Assembly (NCBI GenBank): GCA_025558095.1
Contig: JAIVFI010000025.1
Coordinates: 372,001 to 436,000, forward strand
Length of the DNA stretch: 64,000 bases
Direction: 5' to 3'
From: Hyaloraphidium curvatum SAG 235-1
Taxonomy: Eukaryota; Fungi; Monoblepharomycota
Positions within the stretch are counted from its first letter, which is position 1. Every line of letters begins with the position of its first letter. The translations under genes and the position numbers were made by a program. Of the stretch, positions 40,531 to 53,366 are shown one piece after another. The notes below the pieces were generated by a model. The model saw nothing but the letters and a program-made list of their open reading frames with translations, was not told the DNA's origin and did not search any database.

Positions 40531-40592
40531 GGACACCGCCGGACTCTGCTACACGATACCACAGTTTCGGATCTTGTTCGATTTGTTCTCTT

Positions 40593-41880
40593 TTACAATG
40601 ATTTGAAGATGGCAATGACCTGCATAAGCTGTTGATCCGCGGCCTCGTCCGGGTTGACGAGCGAGGTCAGCTGGGTATCCTTCAAAAAGTCCGTAAGGTC
40701 GTCGATGTCGGCCTCGACGCGGCTTGGTTCCGACGGGTCGGGCAGTTCCCCTTCCTCTTCCAGGTCCTGATCTGAAGCGGCGCCGAAGGATATCAGATCC
40801 CTAAGACAACCGCGGTGCGACGCAGGTACCCACCGAAGCTCCTCAGCCTCCCTGCATCGGGTTTGCGCGCCGCTCTTGCCGGGGGTGCGTCCGCCTCGTC
40901 AAAGGGCAGCTTGTACTTGTCCCCGATGGCACGCTCTCCGCTCTCACCCGGAAGAGCCGGCCCAACGTCGTCCAGCGGGGAACTGAGTACCGGCAGCGAG
41001 GGATCCGCATTGCGGAGCGGGCTGGGCCTGTCTTCGGAGCCGAAAGGACCGGCAGGTTTGGGAGCCGGAGTCGGCGACGGCGGTTCCGATTCGGGCGGCG
41101 AGTCAGGTTGCGCCGGCGGGGTGACCGAGATCGGAGGAAAGGAGGGCACGGCGGGGGAAGGAGGTTTGCCGGCACCGCCCGCCACTGCCGGTGCAATGGG
41201 GGGAGTTGCGACCGCAATGATTGGCGGCGGCGGGGGAGCGACGACGCGGGCGCGGGTGGCGCTCGCGGAGCGTTTTGTCGACGAGCCGGGACCGTTTCCT
41301 GCTGCTACGGTGCCAAACAGTTAGAATCGCAGGTACGCCTCCTTGCCTTGCGAAACCCACCCCGAGTTTTGGGAGAGCTGGTCACGCACTTGCGGAGCTC
41401 CTCCCGAGTCGTGTGCCCCTGGTTGCACAGCGGGCACTGCAGGTGGTGAATGAGGGGCTCATGGTGGGCGTACATGAAGTGCTCGAGGTAAGGCCACGCG
41501 GACGCCTCCATCTTTGGCCGCTTGATCTTTGTCGAGCAGCAGTTGTCCACCGCGACCATTCGGTGCTTGTTCCGCGTCACCACGTGCTTCGGGTGCACCT
41601 TGACGAGGTGCTCTACGAGCGAGCAGAGCTTGTCCATCTCGCGCGGAATGTCCACGTCCTTCAGCGACACTTTCGCGTCGGGCGTCGAAGGTGCTCCGGC
41701 CTTCCACGGCACCCGCCGAGGAAGGTTCTCGCAGGAGCCTTCTTCCGCGCAGATGGGACATCTCCATGTGTTTCTCGAAGGCAGTTGGAGAGGAACGGGC
41801 GGAGAGGGCGTCGGGAGCAACGGCGGAGGGAGGGCCTGCTGTGGAGTGCCAACCGGCGCAGGAACGCGCTTCGGAGCCAT
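40593..41880 (-). CDS. Hypothetical protein with degenerate zinc-finger motifs and Pro-rich region
   Basis: CPIC, HLVKVH, HFMYAH, CPLC motifs; spliced Pro-rich exon and acidic last exon. Confidence 0.5.
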
Positions 41881-42323
41881 AGACGCGTCACAACGCTGAC
41901 AAGGAGCAAATCCTAGAGATGGAAAATGCCTCTGAAAAAGCCGCGAAGCATCTCCGCATAGGCAATCGGCACGTTTAGGGTGGCCGTTAAGTCGTGGGGA
42001 AATGAAGTCCGCCGAACCCCCGATTGACGCGCGGCAACGGTCTCCAGGGGTCCAAAATCGTTCGAAAAGGGTAGAGCGAAGGGATCCGCCGCGTTCCCGA
42101 TTGGCTCTTAACTCTGTCTTTGAAACAGCCTCTGAAATGGAAGAACGGGTTTCCGCAAGGTCGCGGGCTGGTTTCGTGACTTTCTCGCCCGACTCCCGCC
42201 CGCTTCTTGAGATTTGAGATCTCATGTATTGACCTTGGGTATCGACATAAATGCCACAGATCAGACAGAAAGCATGACATCAAGTAGGTGGCCGGCGGGT
42301 GATGCCCAGACCCGTGCGACAGA

Positions 42324-43353
42324 CTACAGCCTCCGCTTCAGGCCTTCCGGGGAACCCGCGGGCTCGAGCGACGTCGACGTCGCTGAGGCAGAACTAGGTC
42401 CGGCTGATAATGATCCGTCTCCAAGTGATGGATCCGATCCGTCCGAGTGTCCGCGTTGATGAGCCTCCTCCTTCTTTTTCCTCTTCGCCTCCGCGAAGCC
42501 CTCCTGGAACCGCCGCGGAACCTTGCGCTGGAAGTGGATCTCCCCGGTGCCTTCCTTGTTGAACTGCATGTTGAAGTTCTTGAGTACGCGGTTGACCTGC
42601 GGCACGAGCCTAGAAAGCGGCCGATGAGCGCAGCGAACGACCAACCGGCGCCGTAACGCACTTCCTAGGCATCACGATGGTGTCGTGATAGAGATCGGAG
42701 AAGAAGAAAAAGTAAGACAGGAAGGATATGGAAGCCAGAAAGACCAGAAAGTTCAGCCAGCGCATCAGCGAAGATGACTCTGCTGCCTGGTCCCGCGGAG
42801 GATGCCGGTATCTGCCCCACATCATGGCATAGAGGGTAACAAAGAGGAGTATGAACGCGACGAGCAAGATTGCTGGGTGGAACGCCGGTCGGTCAGCTTT
42901 CCATCCCCTTGAACGCTCTTGCCCGAGCCCACCCTCGTACACGCGCTGTTCGTGCCGCCGGTCCCTCAGCTGCTGATGCAAACGCTCTTCAAAGACCAGA
43001 ATATCTGGGAGGGAGAATGACCATGGGCGACGTCAAGACCGCCCTCCACGCGGAATGGAAGACGCCGGACGCCGACCTTGATACGCTTTGGAGTCGTCTG
43101 GCGGTGGCGGTCCCGCTGGTCCAGCCGCAGTCGTTCCCGTGCCCTGGCGGCCACCTGGCGGCAGTCCAGAGCGTGTTCCTCCCGGGAGACCTTCGATTTG
43201 CGTCGTGTTGAGCACCGACGCGACGGGCGACGGGGCCGGGCGAGCCACGCCGCTGGGGAACGTCCGAGGAGCCATCGGCGCTGCCGATGATGTCGATGAT
43301 ACCGCATTGATATTGCGTCGATTCAAGCCGGCAGAAAACTCGGCCGCCGACAT
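42324..43353 (-). CDS. Hypothetical two-TM membrane protein, multi-exon
   Basis: ILLVAFILLFVTLYAMMW and WLNFLVFLASISFLSYFFFF helices; short GT-AG introns. Confidence 0.55.
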
Positions 43354-43508
43354 GCGGTATGGGAGAGCGTTGCGCACGATTGACTGATCCGTTGTCGGGC
43401 AACGCCAACACAAGTGGAGTCGGCTTTCGGGGCGCGTGCCTTGACGTGCTCTGTAATGAGTATGAGTAGGGATTCAATCTTGTCCAATGTACATTTCTCG
43501 ACAGTCTA

Positions 43509-44469
43509 TCACAGTCCAAGTGCGAGAGCGGCACCGATCGCCACGAGGACCTGCAAGAGCAAGAGCAGGCGTCCGCCGAGCGGATAGCTGGCCCCGGAAT
43601 CCGCTGCAGTCTTTGTTGTTGTCGTCGTCGGGATGGGTTTCGTTGCGTTAGCCAGCGCTGCTGCGTCGTCCGCCAGCTTCTTGCACCATGCCCCGCGGGC
43701 GGCCGGGCTTTCCGCGGTTTCAGGGCAGGATGAGTAGCAATCCTGGAGCAGACCCAAGAAGGTGGGAGTGCAGGTGCAAGCCGTCTGGTAGGCCGGTCCC
43801 GTTAGGAGGGCAGAACGAGGTCGAACGGTCAGACCCACCACTTCGTCGTAAGTCATGGAGCCGGGATCGCACGCCGCGATGCATTTGCGGCAGGCGGAAG
43901 TCATGCAGCCCCGCGTCGGGTAGCCCCACGACGAGGCAGGTTTCGTGGCGTTGGTGGAGCCGGTGCCGTTGTTCACCGACTGGGTCGAGTTGGTCGAGAC
44001 ACTGTTGAACCAGCCGTTGGAAATGCAAAAGTCCCGGTACAGGCTGAAAGGTGGGATGTGGCTACAGTTGGAAGAGCATAGACGGTACGAGTTGAGGTAG
44101 CTGGCGGAGCATGCGCACCCAAACTGAGGACGGCAGTCAATCAGAGTCAAATGTTGCCAGCATGCCACCCACGTAGCTGTTCTGCGTCTGGTTGTGGTCA
44201 CAACCGTACGTAAGGAACAGACAGGTTTCTCCCAAGCAGCCGTTGTCCAGAGGGGCTCGTTGCTCGTACTTTTTGAAGCCCTCGTAGCTGTCCTGCTGCC
44301 CCTCCTGGCGCGGGCTGAGGAAGCCCCCGTAGTCCACCGCCGGCCGCGCGGCTTTCGGCAAGTTGGCACGATGGTCGCGGTTGAGAACGATGACAAAGTC
44401 CTCGCCCATGAGGAGGGCGGCGATGACGACGGTCACCGACAGGATGGTCAGGGACCTCGGCAGCGGCAT
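43509..44469 (-). CDS. Secreted Cys-rich, probably GPI-anchored cell-surface protein
   Basis: Signal peptide, two C..C...C..CxC...C...C modules, Thr-rich stalk, hydrophobic C-terminus. Confidence 0.65.
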
Positions 44470-44940
44470 TGTTGCGGCACGTCCAAAATCCACAGAGTCC
44501 AGTAGTGGTCCTCAAGAGACTGAAGTCACGATTCCTTGACAGTCAGCTCCAGCAAAGGTCTGTCTGTTTTCGGCCCAGGTGGTCGCGTGTCTCCGGCGAA
44601 CCGACAGTTGGACCCCGCTCCGGTGTGGCGAGACCACACGTCCGCCCAACCTCGCAAGCGACGGCGCGGCTTAAATGCCGGGTCTTTCTGTGCGTCTGAA
44701 CCCGCCGGACTGGCGCCGAGCTTCGCGCGGGGTTCCAACGGCGCTGTGTCAATTCGAGTGTTGTTTGGTCGACGACATCACAAGGCGGGAGAACCCTCGT
44801 CGCTGGCCCGGCGTCTGGTCCGTTGACTCAGAGAAAGCAACCAACGATCTGATATGATGAGAGACAGCCAAGTACAGAATGGAGCTACGGTTTCTGCAGC
44901 GCCGGAATCGATCCCCCTCCACTGAGCCACGTCCCCGCGA

Positions 44941-47900
44941 TCACCTCTTCAACGAATTCGACTTGTGGATGAAGAAACCACGAAGGCTGTTGGATTTGCC
45001 CTTGTTAGAGTCCCCGACCTTGTCGCTGGTTCCCGCCGGGACCTGCTGGGAGTGCAACAGGCCGTCGGTGCGGTAATCCGCTGAACGCCCGAAGAGCTGG
45101 GCGTCCGCGGCGACGATCATGGCCGGCCTCACGATCGTGGGGCCATCTGCCATGGATCCGTCCGAGTCCGAGAAGACGGACCGGGCCTCGGGCGATGCGC
45201 TGCCTGCCGTCGAGGAGCTTGCGCGCTTGTCGCGCTGAGCGGACGGATGCATGCTGAGGGAGCCCTCAAGCGTTGCTGCAGGGGCCAGCCCCAGCCTGTC
45301 GGCGATGGTTCTGAGGGTCTCCTGATAGAGCCGGGCCTGGTTGGCCATCTGATCCCGGTGGAACTTGACGAGGTCGTGGAAGCGCCGCTCCTGCTCGTCG
45401 GCGGCGGCGTCCGCGGCCCGCAGGGTCTCTTCGCGAATGGAGAAAACGTCCGCTTCCAGCTTCCTGAAGTCGCCCGTCAATGTGGTCGCTTTGTGCTCCA
45501 TCTCGGCAGACTTGTTGCGGGCCGCGTCGATGTCGCTGACACGGTCGGCCCAATGCCGCACGAGCGACTCCATCTCCGAGAGCCGGGCCTCGACCGAGGC
45601 CATGGGCGTCTCCGCAATGCTGCTGCCGAGCTGCAGCGACTCCACCGAGGCCGGTCTCCTGCGGGATCGTACAGAGCCTGTCGCGGGAGAATCCAGGCAG
45701 GGCTGCGCGGCGGCGGCAGCAGCCCCTGCAGCCATGGCCATCTCGAGGTCGATCTGCAGCGCATCAATGCGTTCCTGCATGCGGCGCATGGAATCCTGGA
45801 CCTCGGTCTCGGCGGGGCCCCGTGCGGCTTCCAGGTCCTCCAGCTTCCGGTTCACCAGCTCGAGGGTGCGAGCGACGGAGGCGGTGTTTTGTTCCGCAAT
45901 CCACTGCATCTTGCTCTCGACCAGCGAGGCAACGAGCTCCTGGATCTCACTGTCCTTGGCCCCCGCGGCGGGCACGGGGCTCAAAGCCCGCGCCTCCTGC
46001 AGCTCCGCCAGCTTGGCAAAGGCGGACGACTTGACCGCAACCACCTCCTCGACCAGCGAGGCATTCTCCCTCCTGAGCGACTCGACCACCGTCTTGGAAT
46101 CCTCTTCGAACCTGCGCAGGTCCTCGAGGTCCGCCGTGTGCTTGGCGAGGTCCGCGTTGACCCGGGCCACCACGTCGGCGATCTGGCCCTGTAGCTTTCC
46201 CACCGTGGCTTCGAGCTGCTGCGGGCTCGTCGGGCTGGGCTCGCCCTTGCTCGGGCTCTCCTGCTGCATGCTCAGCGCGCGCTCGACCTTGGCCGCGATC
46301 GCCGAGATCTCGGACTGCATCCGGTTGCGCACGCTCAGGGCGACCGACTTTTCCAGGTCCGCCAGGCGCTCGTCGAGGGCGTCCCGCGCCCTCGCCTGCT
46401 CGGTGCGGAGGACATCCTGGTCGGCGGCCAGCTCCAGCATGCGCGTGCGCGCCTCGCCGCGGTCCTTGTCCACGAACTCGCGCAGCTTCAGGATGACGGC
46501 CTGGTGCCCGTCCTGCCGCTCCGTCAGCGCGACGGTGCTCTGGATCAGCGCGTCCAGGCTGCTGCCCAAACTGGCCATGCGGGCTTCGGTGTCGGCGCGG
46601 AGCTTCTTGGAGGCCTCGCCGACGAGGTCCTTGGCGTGCTGCAGCAGCGTCTTGCTGAAGCCGTCCACGGCGTTGAGCCGCTCGTCCATGAGCTCGAGCC
46701 GCTTGGCCCCGCGCGCGGCCTCCTCGGCGATCCGGGCCTCGACGGCCCCCGCGGCCCGGCGCTCGGCCTCGGCGAAGCGCGCATTCAGCATCCCCGAGAG
46801 CTCCTTGCGCTGCTTCTCCTGCGCCTCCCGCACGCGGCCCATCTCGGCGTCGAAGGCCTGCTGCATGGCATCGCGCTCGCCGAGCTTGGAGTGCATCTCG
46901 ATCAGCGTGCCGCCCAGGCCGCGCATCTCCCCCGCGATGCCCGAGAGGTCCGCCTGGAAGGCCGAGGTGATCGAGGCCACCTGGGCCTCGAACCTGTCGG
47001 CGGTCACACGGAGGGCTTCGTCGCGCTCCGCGGTGGCCTTGGCAAACACGGCGTCCACTTCGGCGCGCAGGGCCTCGTCGCGCTCGGCGGCTTTTTCTGC
47101 GGCAGCCTGCACCTTGGCCTCCATCTCGCAGGCCGCGAGACCAATCTTGACCGACTCCTGCTGGACCGACTCGAGCTGCGCGGCAACCGAGGCCTCGAGC
47201 GAGTCCATCCGGGGAGCGAGGGGCAGGAGCGCTTCGACCTCGCGCTGCATCCTGCCCACGTCCGCGCGCAGGCCCGCGGCCTCGGCGACCCGCGTCGCGG
47301 CCTCGTTGGCTTTCACCGCAGCCTCCTCGGCTTTTGCCGCTGCGTCTCCGGCAACGGTGGATGCCTCGCCGACGGCCCTCTCGAGCCCGACCAGCTTGCC
47401 GCCCACGCCGGCGACCTCGGCCCGCACGCCCTCCAGCTCCCGCTTGGACGCATCCGCCTCCCCTTTCACAGCATCCACCTCCCTCCTGACGCCCACCAGC
47501 ACCTCTCCGGTGCGCACGCACCCGTCCTGGCACTCCTCGATCGCCCTCCCCGTGCTCTCCGCCAGCCCGCGCATCTTCTCCACGTTCTCCTGCACGTGCG
47601 CCCACATCCCCTGCACCTCGCCCTCCAGCTCCTTCACGCAGCGCATCACCTCGCCTTTGGCCCCCTCGGCGCGGGCGGTCCACAGCTCCGTCAGCTCGGC
47701 CTTGAGCCCCGGCATCCTCGCGTCGAGCGCCTCGAGGGCGGCGGCGCGGGCGTCCTCCAGGGCGCGGGCGGCGCCCGAGTCGAGGGCTGCGCGGAGGGCG
47801 TCGGGGGCCGCCAGGGCGGGGGCGAGCTTGGAGTCGAGGTCGGCGCGGAGGCGGTCGAAGGAGGCGGCGACGGTCTGCTCGATGAGGGCGTCGATCGCGC

Positions 47901-48249
47901 CGGCGAGCTTGTCGGGGAGCACGGGGACGGCGGGCTGCGGTGCGGTTAGATCACAAATATAGCCGGGAGTGCGAAACGAGCCCACTTCCTCTCCGGCATT
48001 GGGGGCACCTCGGTGTGCGGGAGCGGGAGCGTTCTTCGGCGGCGAAGCGGCGGCGGGCTTCGGCGGGCTGCGCGCGGGCGACGGCGCCTTTGCCGGCGCC
48101 ACGCGGTTCGACTGCGGGCCGGGGAGCGGCAGCGAAGGGCCGCTGGGCTTGCGCGGGGGCGACGGCTTGGGCGTGCGCGATGTTGGCGCGGGCGACACGG
48201 GCCGCGACGCCGGGCGCGACGGCGGGCCGAGCCGCGGGCCTGACGACAT
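44941..48249 (-). CDS. Large coiled-coil protein (~1,090 aa), function unknown
   Basis: Long A/E/L/R-rich heptad ORF; Pro-rich N-terminus; probable in-frame intron near 47.94-47.99 kb. Confidence 0.75.
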   Translation of the reverse strand: MSSGPRLGPPSRPASRPVSPAPTSRTPKPSPPRKPSGPSLPLPGPQSNRVAPAKAPSPARSPPKPAAASPPKNAPAPAHRGAPNAGEEVGSFRTPGYICDLTAPQPAVPVLPDKLAGAIDALIEQTVAASFDRLRADLDSKLAPALAAPDALRAALDSGAARALEDARAAALEALDARMPGLKAELTELWTARAEGAKGEVMRCVKELEGEVQGMWAHVQENVEKMRGLAESTGRAIEECQDGCVRTGEVLVGVRREVDAVKGEADASKRELEGVRAEVAGVGGKLVGLERAVGEASTVAGDAAAKAEEAAVKANEAATRVAEAAGLRADVGRMQREVEALLPLAPRMDSLEASVAAQLESVQQESVKIGLAACEMEAKVQAAAEKAAERDEALRAEVDAVFAKATAERDEALRVTADRFEAQVASITSAFQADLSGIAGEMRGLGGTLIEMHSKLGERDAMQQAFDAEMGRVREAQEKQRKELSGMLNARFAEAERRAAGAVEARIAEEAARGAKRLELMDERLNAVDGFSKTLLQHAKDLVGEASKKLRADTEARMASLGSSLDALIQSTVALTERQDGHQAVILKLREFVDKDRGEARTRMLELAADQDVLRTEQARARDALDERLADLEKSVALSVRNRMQSEISAIAAKVERALSMQQESPSKGEPSPTSPQQLEATVGKLQGQIADVVARVNADLAKHTADLEDLRRFEEDSKTVVESLRRENASLVEEVVAVKSSAFAKLAELQEARALSPVPAAGAKDSEIQELVASLVESKMQWIAEQNTASVARTLELVNRKLEDLEAARGPAETEVQDSMRRMQERIDALQIDLEMAMAAGAAAAAAQPCLDSPATGSVRSRRRPASVESLQLGSSIAETPMASVEARLSEMESLVRHWADRVSDIDAARNKSAEMEHKATTLTGDFRKLEADVFSIREETLRAADAAADEQERRFHDLVKFHRDQMANQARLYQETLRTIADRLGLAPAATLEGSLSMHPSAQRDKRASSSTAGSASPEARSVFSDSDGSMADGPTIVRPAMIVAADAQLFGRSADYRTDGLLHSQQVPAGTSDKVGDSNKGKSNSLRGFFIHKSNSLKR

Positions 48250-48626
48250 CGCGGCTAAGGCGATGCGGCGGACTGCGGGGTCGGCGGGGCTCCGCGGCCT
48301 TGTTAGGCGGGTCGGATTCGGGATGTGGTGACAAGGCCAAACAAAGGACGCACCACCAGGCGACCCCTCCAAGTCGATTGCGTCACACTCCGACACCGGA
48401 CAGGGGACATGCAGGCAGCAACCGATCGGATAGAAACCATCCCAGCCCATCCATTCACCATTACCAGCAACAAATATCCGGGCCGGCGGCCGAAATGTAC
48501 ACCCATCTACGCAACGAATCATGGCATCCGCGAAAGCGGCATCTCGTGTCCGATGGCCGCGCACACCGCGGGCCAGCATGCGCGTGCGCAGTGCGGGCCG
48601 CGGTGCGGGGCGGGGGGAGGGGGGGA

Positions 48627-49316
48627 TCAGAGGCCGCGGGACTTCCAGACGGGGGTGTCCTTGATCTGCGCCCCAGAAGAGGGATGCGTGCGCGGCAGGG
48701 CGGGGGGCATGCAGGGGGTCGGGGAGGGAAGGAAGCAAGGCGCAGAAGGAAGGAGATGCGGGGCAGGCGAGGGCGGAAGAGGGGATCACGGGGATCAGTG
48801 ATCAGATCAGCGGCGCCCCGGGGCCGGCACCGCGCACCTGCTCGGCGGTCGACTTGTTGACCCGCTCGGCGTCCCACTCCTCGATGTGGCCCTGGTTGGC
48901 GCGGATGCGCAGGTCCTGGTCCGACCGCAGCTTGTCGCTCATCTTGTAGATGGCGAAGATGGATGCGGCGCCGACGGGGATGGCTGCGGGGGCGGGTCAG
49001 ACGGGGCGCGGGGCGGCGTGCGGGTGCTGCGCACCGAGGGCGATGATCTCGTAGTTCTTCTTGAAGGCTGGGAGGGGCGGGAGGGGTGCGGAGGGGGGCG
49101 AGCGGGGGGTGTTGGGGAGGCGGGGACGGCGGGGTGCGGGGCGCGGGGGGCGGCGAGGGCGGCGCGCGGGCGGCGGGGAGCGGGGCGGCGGCGGCGGAGG
49201 GCGCGTCAGCGGGCTGCGGCGGCGGATGGACGGGCGCGCGGCGCGCGGGGGCCGTCCGGAGTTGCGCCGTGGCGCGACTCACCGGCGGGGCCAATCCAGC
49301 GTCCGATGACTCCCAT
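48627..49316 (-). CDS. Small mitochondrial NDUFA4/MLRQ(COXFA4)-like protein, 4 exons
   Basis: Spliced MGVIGRWIGPA|AFKKNYEIIAL|AIPVGAASIFAIYKMSDKLRSDQDLRIR..EQ|IKDTPVWKSRGL*; single TM; strong codon bias. Confidence 0.6.
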
Positions 49317-49928
49317 GGCGGCGGAGGGGCGGAGGTGGTACGGAAGGCGAAGAAGGAGGTCGGCGGTCGACGAGCAGATGCGGAGGTGATTGGAGGTGGC
49401 CTCGCCCTCAATGACTCAAGCTTTATAGTGGGAAAGGGAATGGAGTGGCCCTGAAACCGCTCTTGTGACTCAACGGGAGGCTGGGGTGCCACTACGTCAT
49501 CCAACTTCCCACCCGGATCACTGGGCTCCTGCACCATCTACGGCCAATTGGTCCACACCAAGCTTGTTGTTGGTGGTGCCTGCGACCGATCCGGTGCCCG
49601 GAGTGGGCCTGGCCCTCGTCTTGGAACCCCCTTCGCACCCAATGCCGCCGCAGCAGCGCCACGTCTGTCGCCTCCGCTTCCAGGAGCGCTGCCGCTCCGC
49701 ATCGCCATGAATTCTATAGCGCTGGGGACGGTGAAGGTCCTCGATTGGGCGGCGGATGGGCCACGCCTTGCCGGATGCCCTACAGTGCTCCCTCCGCCGA
49801 CTGGCGTTCACCGAGGCACGACATCTGAATCCCCGAACAACGAATGAATTCATAAAGGATAACAACGGAAAACGTGCCCCGGACGGCCCATGAACGCCCC
49901 ACGGCAAGCCGGCGCGGTCCGCACCGCC

Positions 49929-51420
49929 TCACTTGCCAAGCACCTGCTCGAGCACCTCCCCCGCCGCCCTCTCCCCCTCCAGCATCGCCCCGTGCACATA
50001 CCCGCGGTGGTGCTCCCCCGTCCACTCCCCCGCCAGCCACACCCTGTCTCCCGCTGGCTCGCGGACCTCCGGCCCGGGCCGCTCGACGGAGCTGAACGAG
50101 TACGCGCCCAGCGAGAAGGGATCCGTCTTCCACGTCGAGGGCAACCACCGCACGGGGTCGGGCACCGCCTGCGCGCCGTAGGCTTCGCGGAACATGGCCA
50201 CCGACTCGGCGACCACGGCCTCGGTCTCAGTCTCGCACCGCAGGCCGACGTCGCCGTGCGTGAAAGCCAGCAGAACGGCGCCATCCCCGCCGGGACTGGC
50301 GATCCCTGCCGCGGCGGCATCCATCCAGTGCTCGGGCACCCGGATGCGCGCGCCGTCGCGGGGGACGAGGTTGATCTCGGCGACGTCCGCGGGCCAGAAG
50401 CGCCGGGGGAAGTGCAAAAAGAGCTTGGTGAGAGTGCCGGTGGGGAGGGAGGAGAAGGAATCGCGCTGGGCGGCGGGCAAGGGGGGGTTGAAGGCGATGG
50501 AGCCGGATTGGAGGACCGGGAAGGGGGCGGTGACGATCGCCGCCTTGGCCTGCGCGCGCAACGAAAGATCAGATCCAAAAAGCAAAAGAATGAAGCCGCA
50601 CGGAATTGGCACCCACCCTGTACTCTTTGCCGCCGACGGTCTTGAACGCCACGCCGTCCGGCGCACCCTCGCCGCCCCAGATAACCTCGCCCACGGGCTC
50701 GTTCAGGCGCACGTCCACCCCCCTCGCCTTCGCCAGCTCCTGCGGCACGCTCGCAAAGCCGCCTTCGACGAGCACGTACTCGGGCCCGAACTCCCCCTCG
50801 CCGATCGCCTCGAATCCGTCCGAAGCCATCTGCGAGAGGTAGCCCCCCTCGTTCAGCTCCGCGCTCATCCGGAAGAGCATCGTCGCGGCGTCGCTGGGCG
50901 CGCTGCCCTCGGCCTCGAGCTTGGCCCGGAGCATGTCCCAGGCTTCCTGGAGTGTGCGTCCGGGGGCCCCGAACTCGGCCCGGATGCGTTCGGCGTAGGC
51001 GCCCGCGGCCTCCTCGGCCCGCTCCATCTCCTCCCCCGGGATCCGCTCGAAGCCCGGCACAAGGAACCCCTCGCTGGCCCGGCCCTCGTCCTCGTGCTTG
51101 CCGATTTCGCCGTCCGCCTTGCCGGCGCCCTCGTCGCCGGCCCGCTTGCCCTCCTTCCGCATCTCGATCCCGAGCTCCTTCATCAGCGGCAGCAGCGGGT
51201 TGCCCCTGAGCCCCGTGACCCAGGCCCCGCCCATGTCGAACGGCCCGGGCGGCACGGGAAAGTCGGCGGCGGACGAGTTGAGCAGCCGGCCTCCGACCCT
51301 GTTCCTCGCCTCGACCACGATCACTTTCGGCTTGGAGGAGTGGCCGAGCAGCTTGGCGGCGGCCGCGACGCCGGCCATGCCGGCACCGAGCACGAGCACG
51401 TCGCACGATTCGATGGCCAT
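49929..51420 (-). CDS. Flavin-containing amine oxidase (polyamine oxidase-like)
   Basis: VLVLGAGMAG, EARNRVGGR, DMGGAWV, WKTDPFSLGAYS, LAGE..GYVHGAMLEGERAA; one intron. Confidence 0.92.
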
Positions 51421-51709
51421 CCTTGACAGCCTTCGCAGAATGGTCGCTGGTGTCGATGTCAGCAACTCCACGTCGAGTCGCGATGATCGGCCGAGGGTCC
51501 GGCGGAGGATCGGATTGTCTTGTAGCAGCTTTCTCGGCCTTTGGACGCCGCGATTTATGCCTTCGGACGGGTGCCGTTGCGACGGCGCATAGCGCGGACG
51601 CGGATTCAGCCAGCCCGAACTCCGTTCCGTTGCCCCGCCCGCCGCCCGGTGGAGCAGCGGCTCAACGCCGAATACCCGATCGGGAGCACAAAAGGGCGGC
51701 GCCCGCGGC

Positions 51710-53366
51710 ATGGGCGAGGGACTGAGCCCGGAATCCGGCCCCGACGCCTTGGGTGACGGAAGGGACACTTCTTTCTCCCCGCAACCGGAGGCCAGCCCGG
51801 TAACGGCGAGGGCCGGCGAGGACTTGGCCCTTGCGACGAAAGCGGGGCAGGACATGGCGACGGCTTTGGAGGGGCAGTTGGTGGCGGGCCACGGGCCGCC
51901 CTCGCCATCTTTCCCCCTCGGCGCCCTCGGCGGAGCGCCGGAAAAGGAAATCCCGGACGAACAGGAACAGGCTCCCAGGGAGTCGATTTCGGGGGCGACG
52001 CTCGCGGAGGACAAGGACGCCGACGTCGAGGCCGGCGCCGGACCGCTCTCGCCTTCGAAGGGCGAGCTCGTTGACTTTCCCGAGGGCGGATGGATGGCCT
52101 GGCTGCAGGTCCTCATCCTCTGGACGACCGTCGGGTCTTCGATAGGCGTCTGCGTGAACCTGTTCGGGATCTATGTGGACTACTGGAACGAGAACGACAC
52201 CTTCCCCGGGACGAGCCTGCTCCAGCTCGGTTTCGTCATGTCGACCGCCGTGGGCATCTCCGTCATCGTCGGCCCTTTTGCCGGCCGCTTCGCCGAGCGC
52301 GGGCACTACCGCCTCGTCGGCACCGTCGGCGCGCTCCTCTTCCTCCTGGGCTGGACCCTCTCCGGGTCCGTCACCGCCGTGTGGCAGCTCTACCTCACCG
52401 TCGGCGTCCTCTTCGGCACCGGCTTCTCGATGCTCTTCACCGTCGCCGTCGTGCTCCCCTCGCACTACTTCCGCCGGCGGCGCGGTCTGGCCGTCGGCCT
52501 GGCCATCACCGGCACCGGCGTCTGGGGCTTCGCCTTCGGCCCGCTGACGTCGCTGATGCTCTCGACGATCGGATGGCGCTGGGCGTTCCGCGTGCAGGGA
52601 CTGGTGCTCGGGAGCCTGTGCACGTGCGCGGCGCTGCTGATGCGGCCGAGGGTGCCGCCGGACGAGGCGGGGGCGCCGTTCGTGGACCTGAGGATGTTCA
52701 AGAAGGTCGGGTTCTGGTGCTTGGCCGTCGTGCAAGCTTTCGAAGGCTTTTGGTTGGTGTTCTCGTCGGCTGATGCCCGACCTCGCACGAACTGACATGT
52801 CCGCATAAAGGTACTATAGCCTCTATTACTATCTCCCCGCGATCGGCACACACTACGGCGCGACGCCCCAGCAATCTTCCTTCCTGGTCTCGATCCTCAT
52901 GATCGCCGGCCTCGTCGGCCGCGTGGTCCTGGGCTTCGCCTTCGACCGGTGGGGCCACCTCAACGGCTTCACGGGCTCCTACGGGCTGGCCATCGTCTGC
53001 GTGCTGGCGTGGTGGCCGTTCGCGACGAGCTACGGGTCGCTCGCGGCGTTCGCAGCGGTCGTGGGGGTGTTCTTCGGCGGGTACGTCGCGATGCTCCTGA
53101 CGTCGATCGCGGACGTCCTGGGGACCGACGGGCTCGCGACCGCCACCGCGATGGTGTTCTTCTTCGGCATCTTTAGTCAGTTCCTGGGCGCGCCGATGGC
53201 GGGGCTGCTAGTGGACAAGAACACTTCGGAGGACGCCTCGGGGCAAAAGGCCGTGAACTACGTGCCCATGATGATGTGGAGCGGGGCAAGCATGGTGCCG
53301 GGCCTGGTGGCGCTGATGTACCTGCGGATGCGCGAGGCGGGGTGGAAGTGGGCGCGGATCGTGTGA
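51710..53366 (+). CDS. MFS monocarboxylate transporter family (Mch-like)
   Basis: FPEGGWMAW, YFRRRRGLAVGLA..G, about 12 hydrophobic helices; one intron. Confidence 0.92.

Noticed and set aside
48300-48620. Possible ncRNA (AAACCAT, snR30-like motif)
   Set aside because: Partner motif absent; best explained as 3' UTR/intergenic sequence
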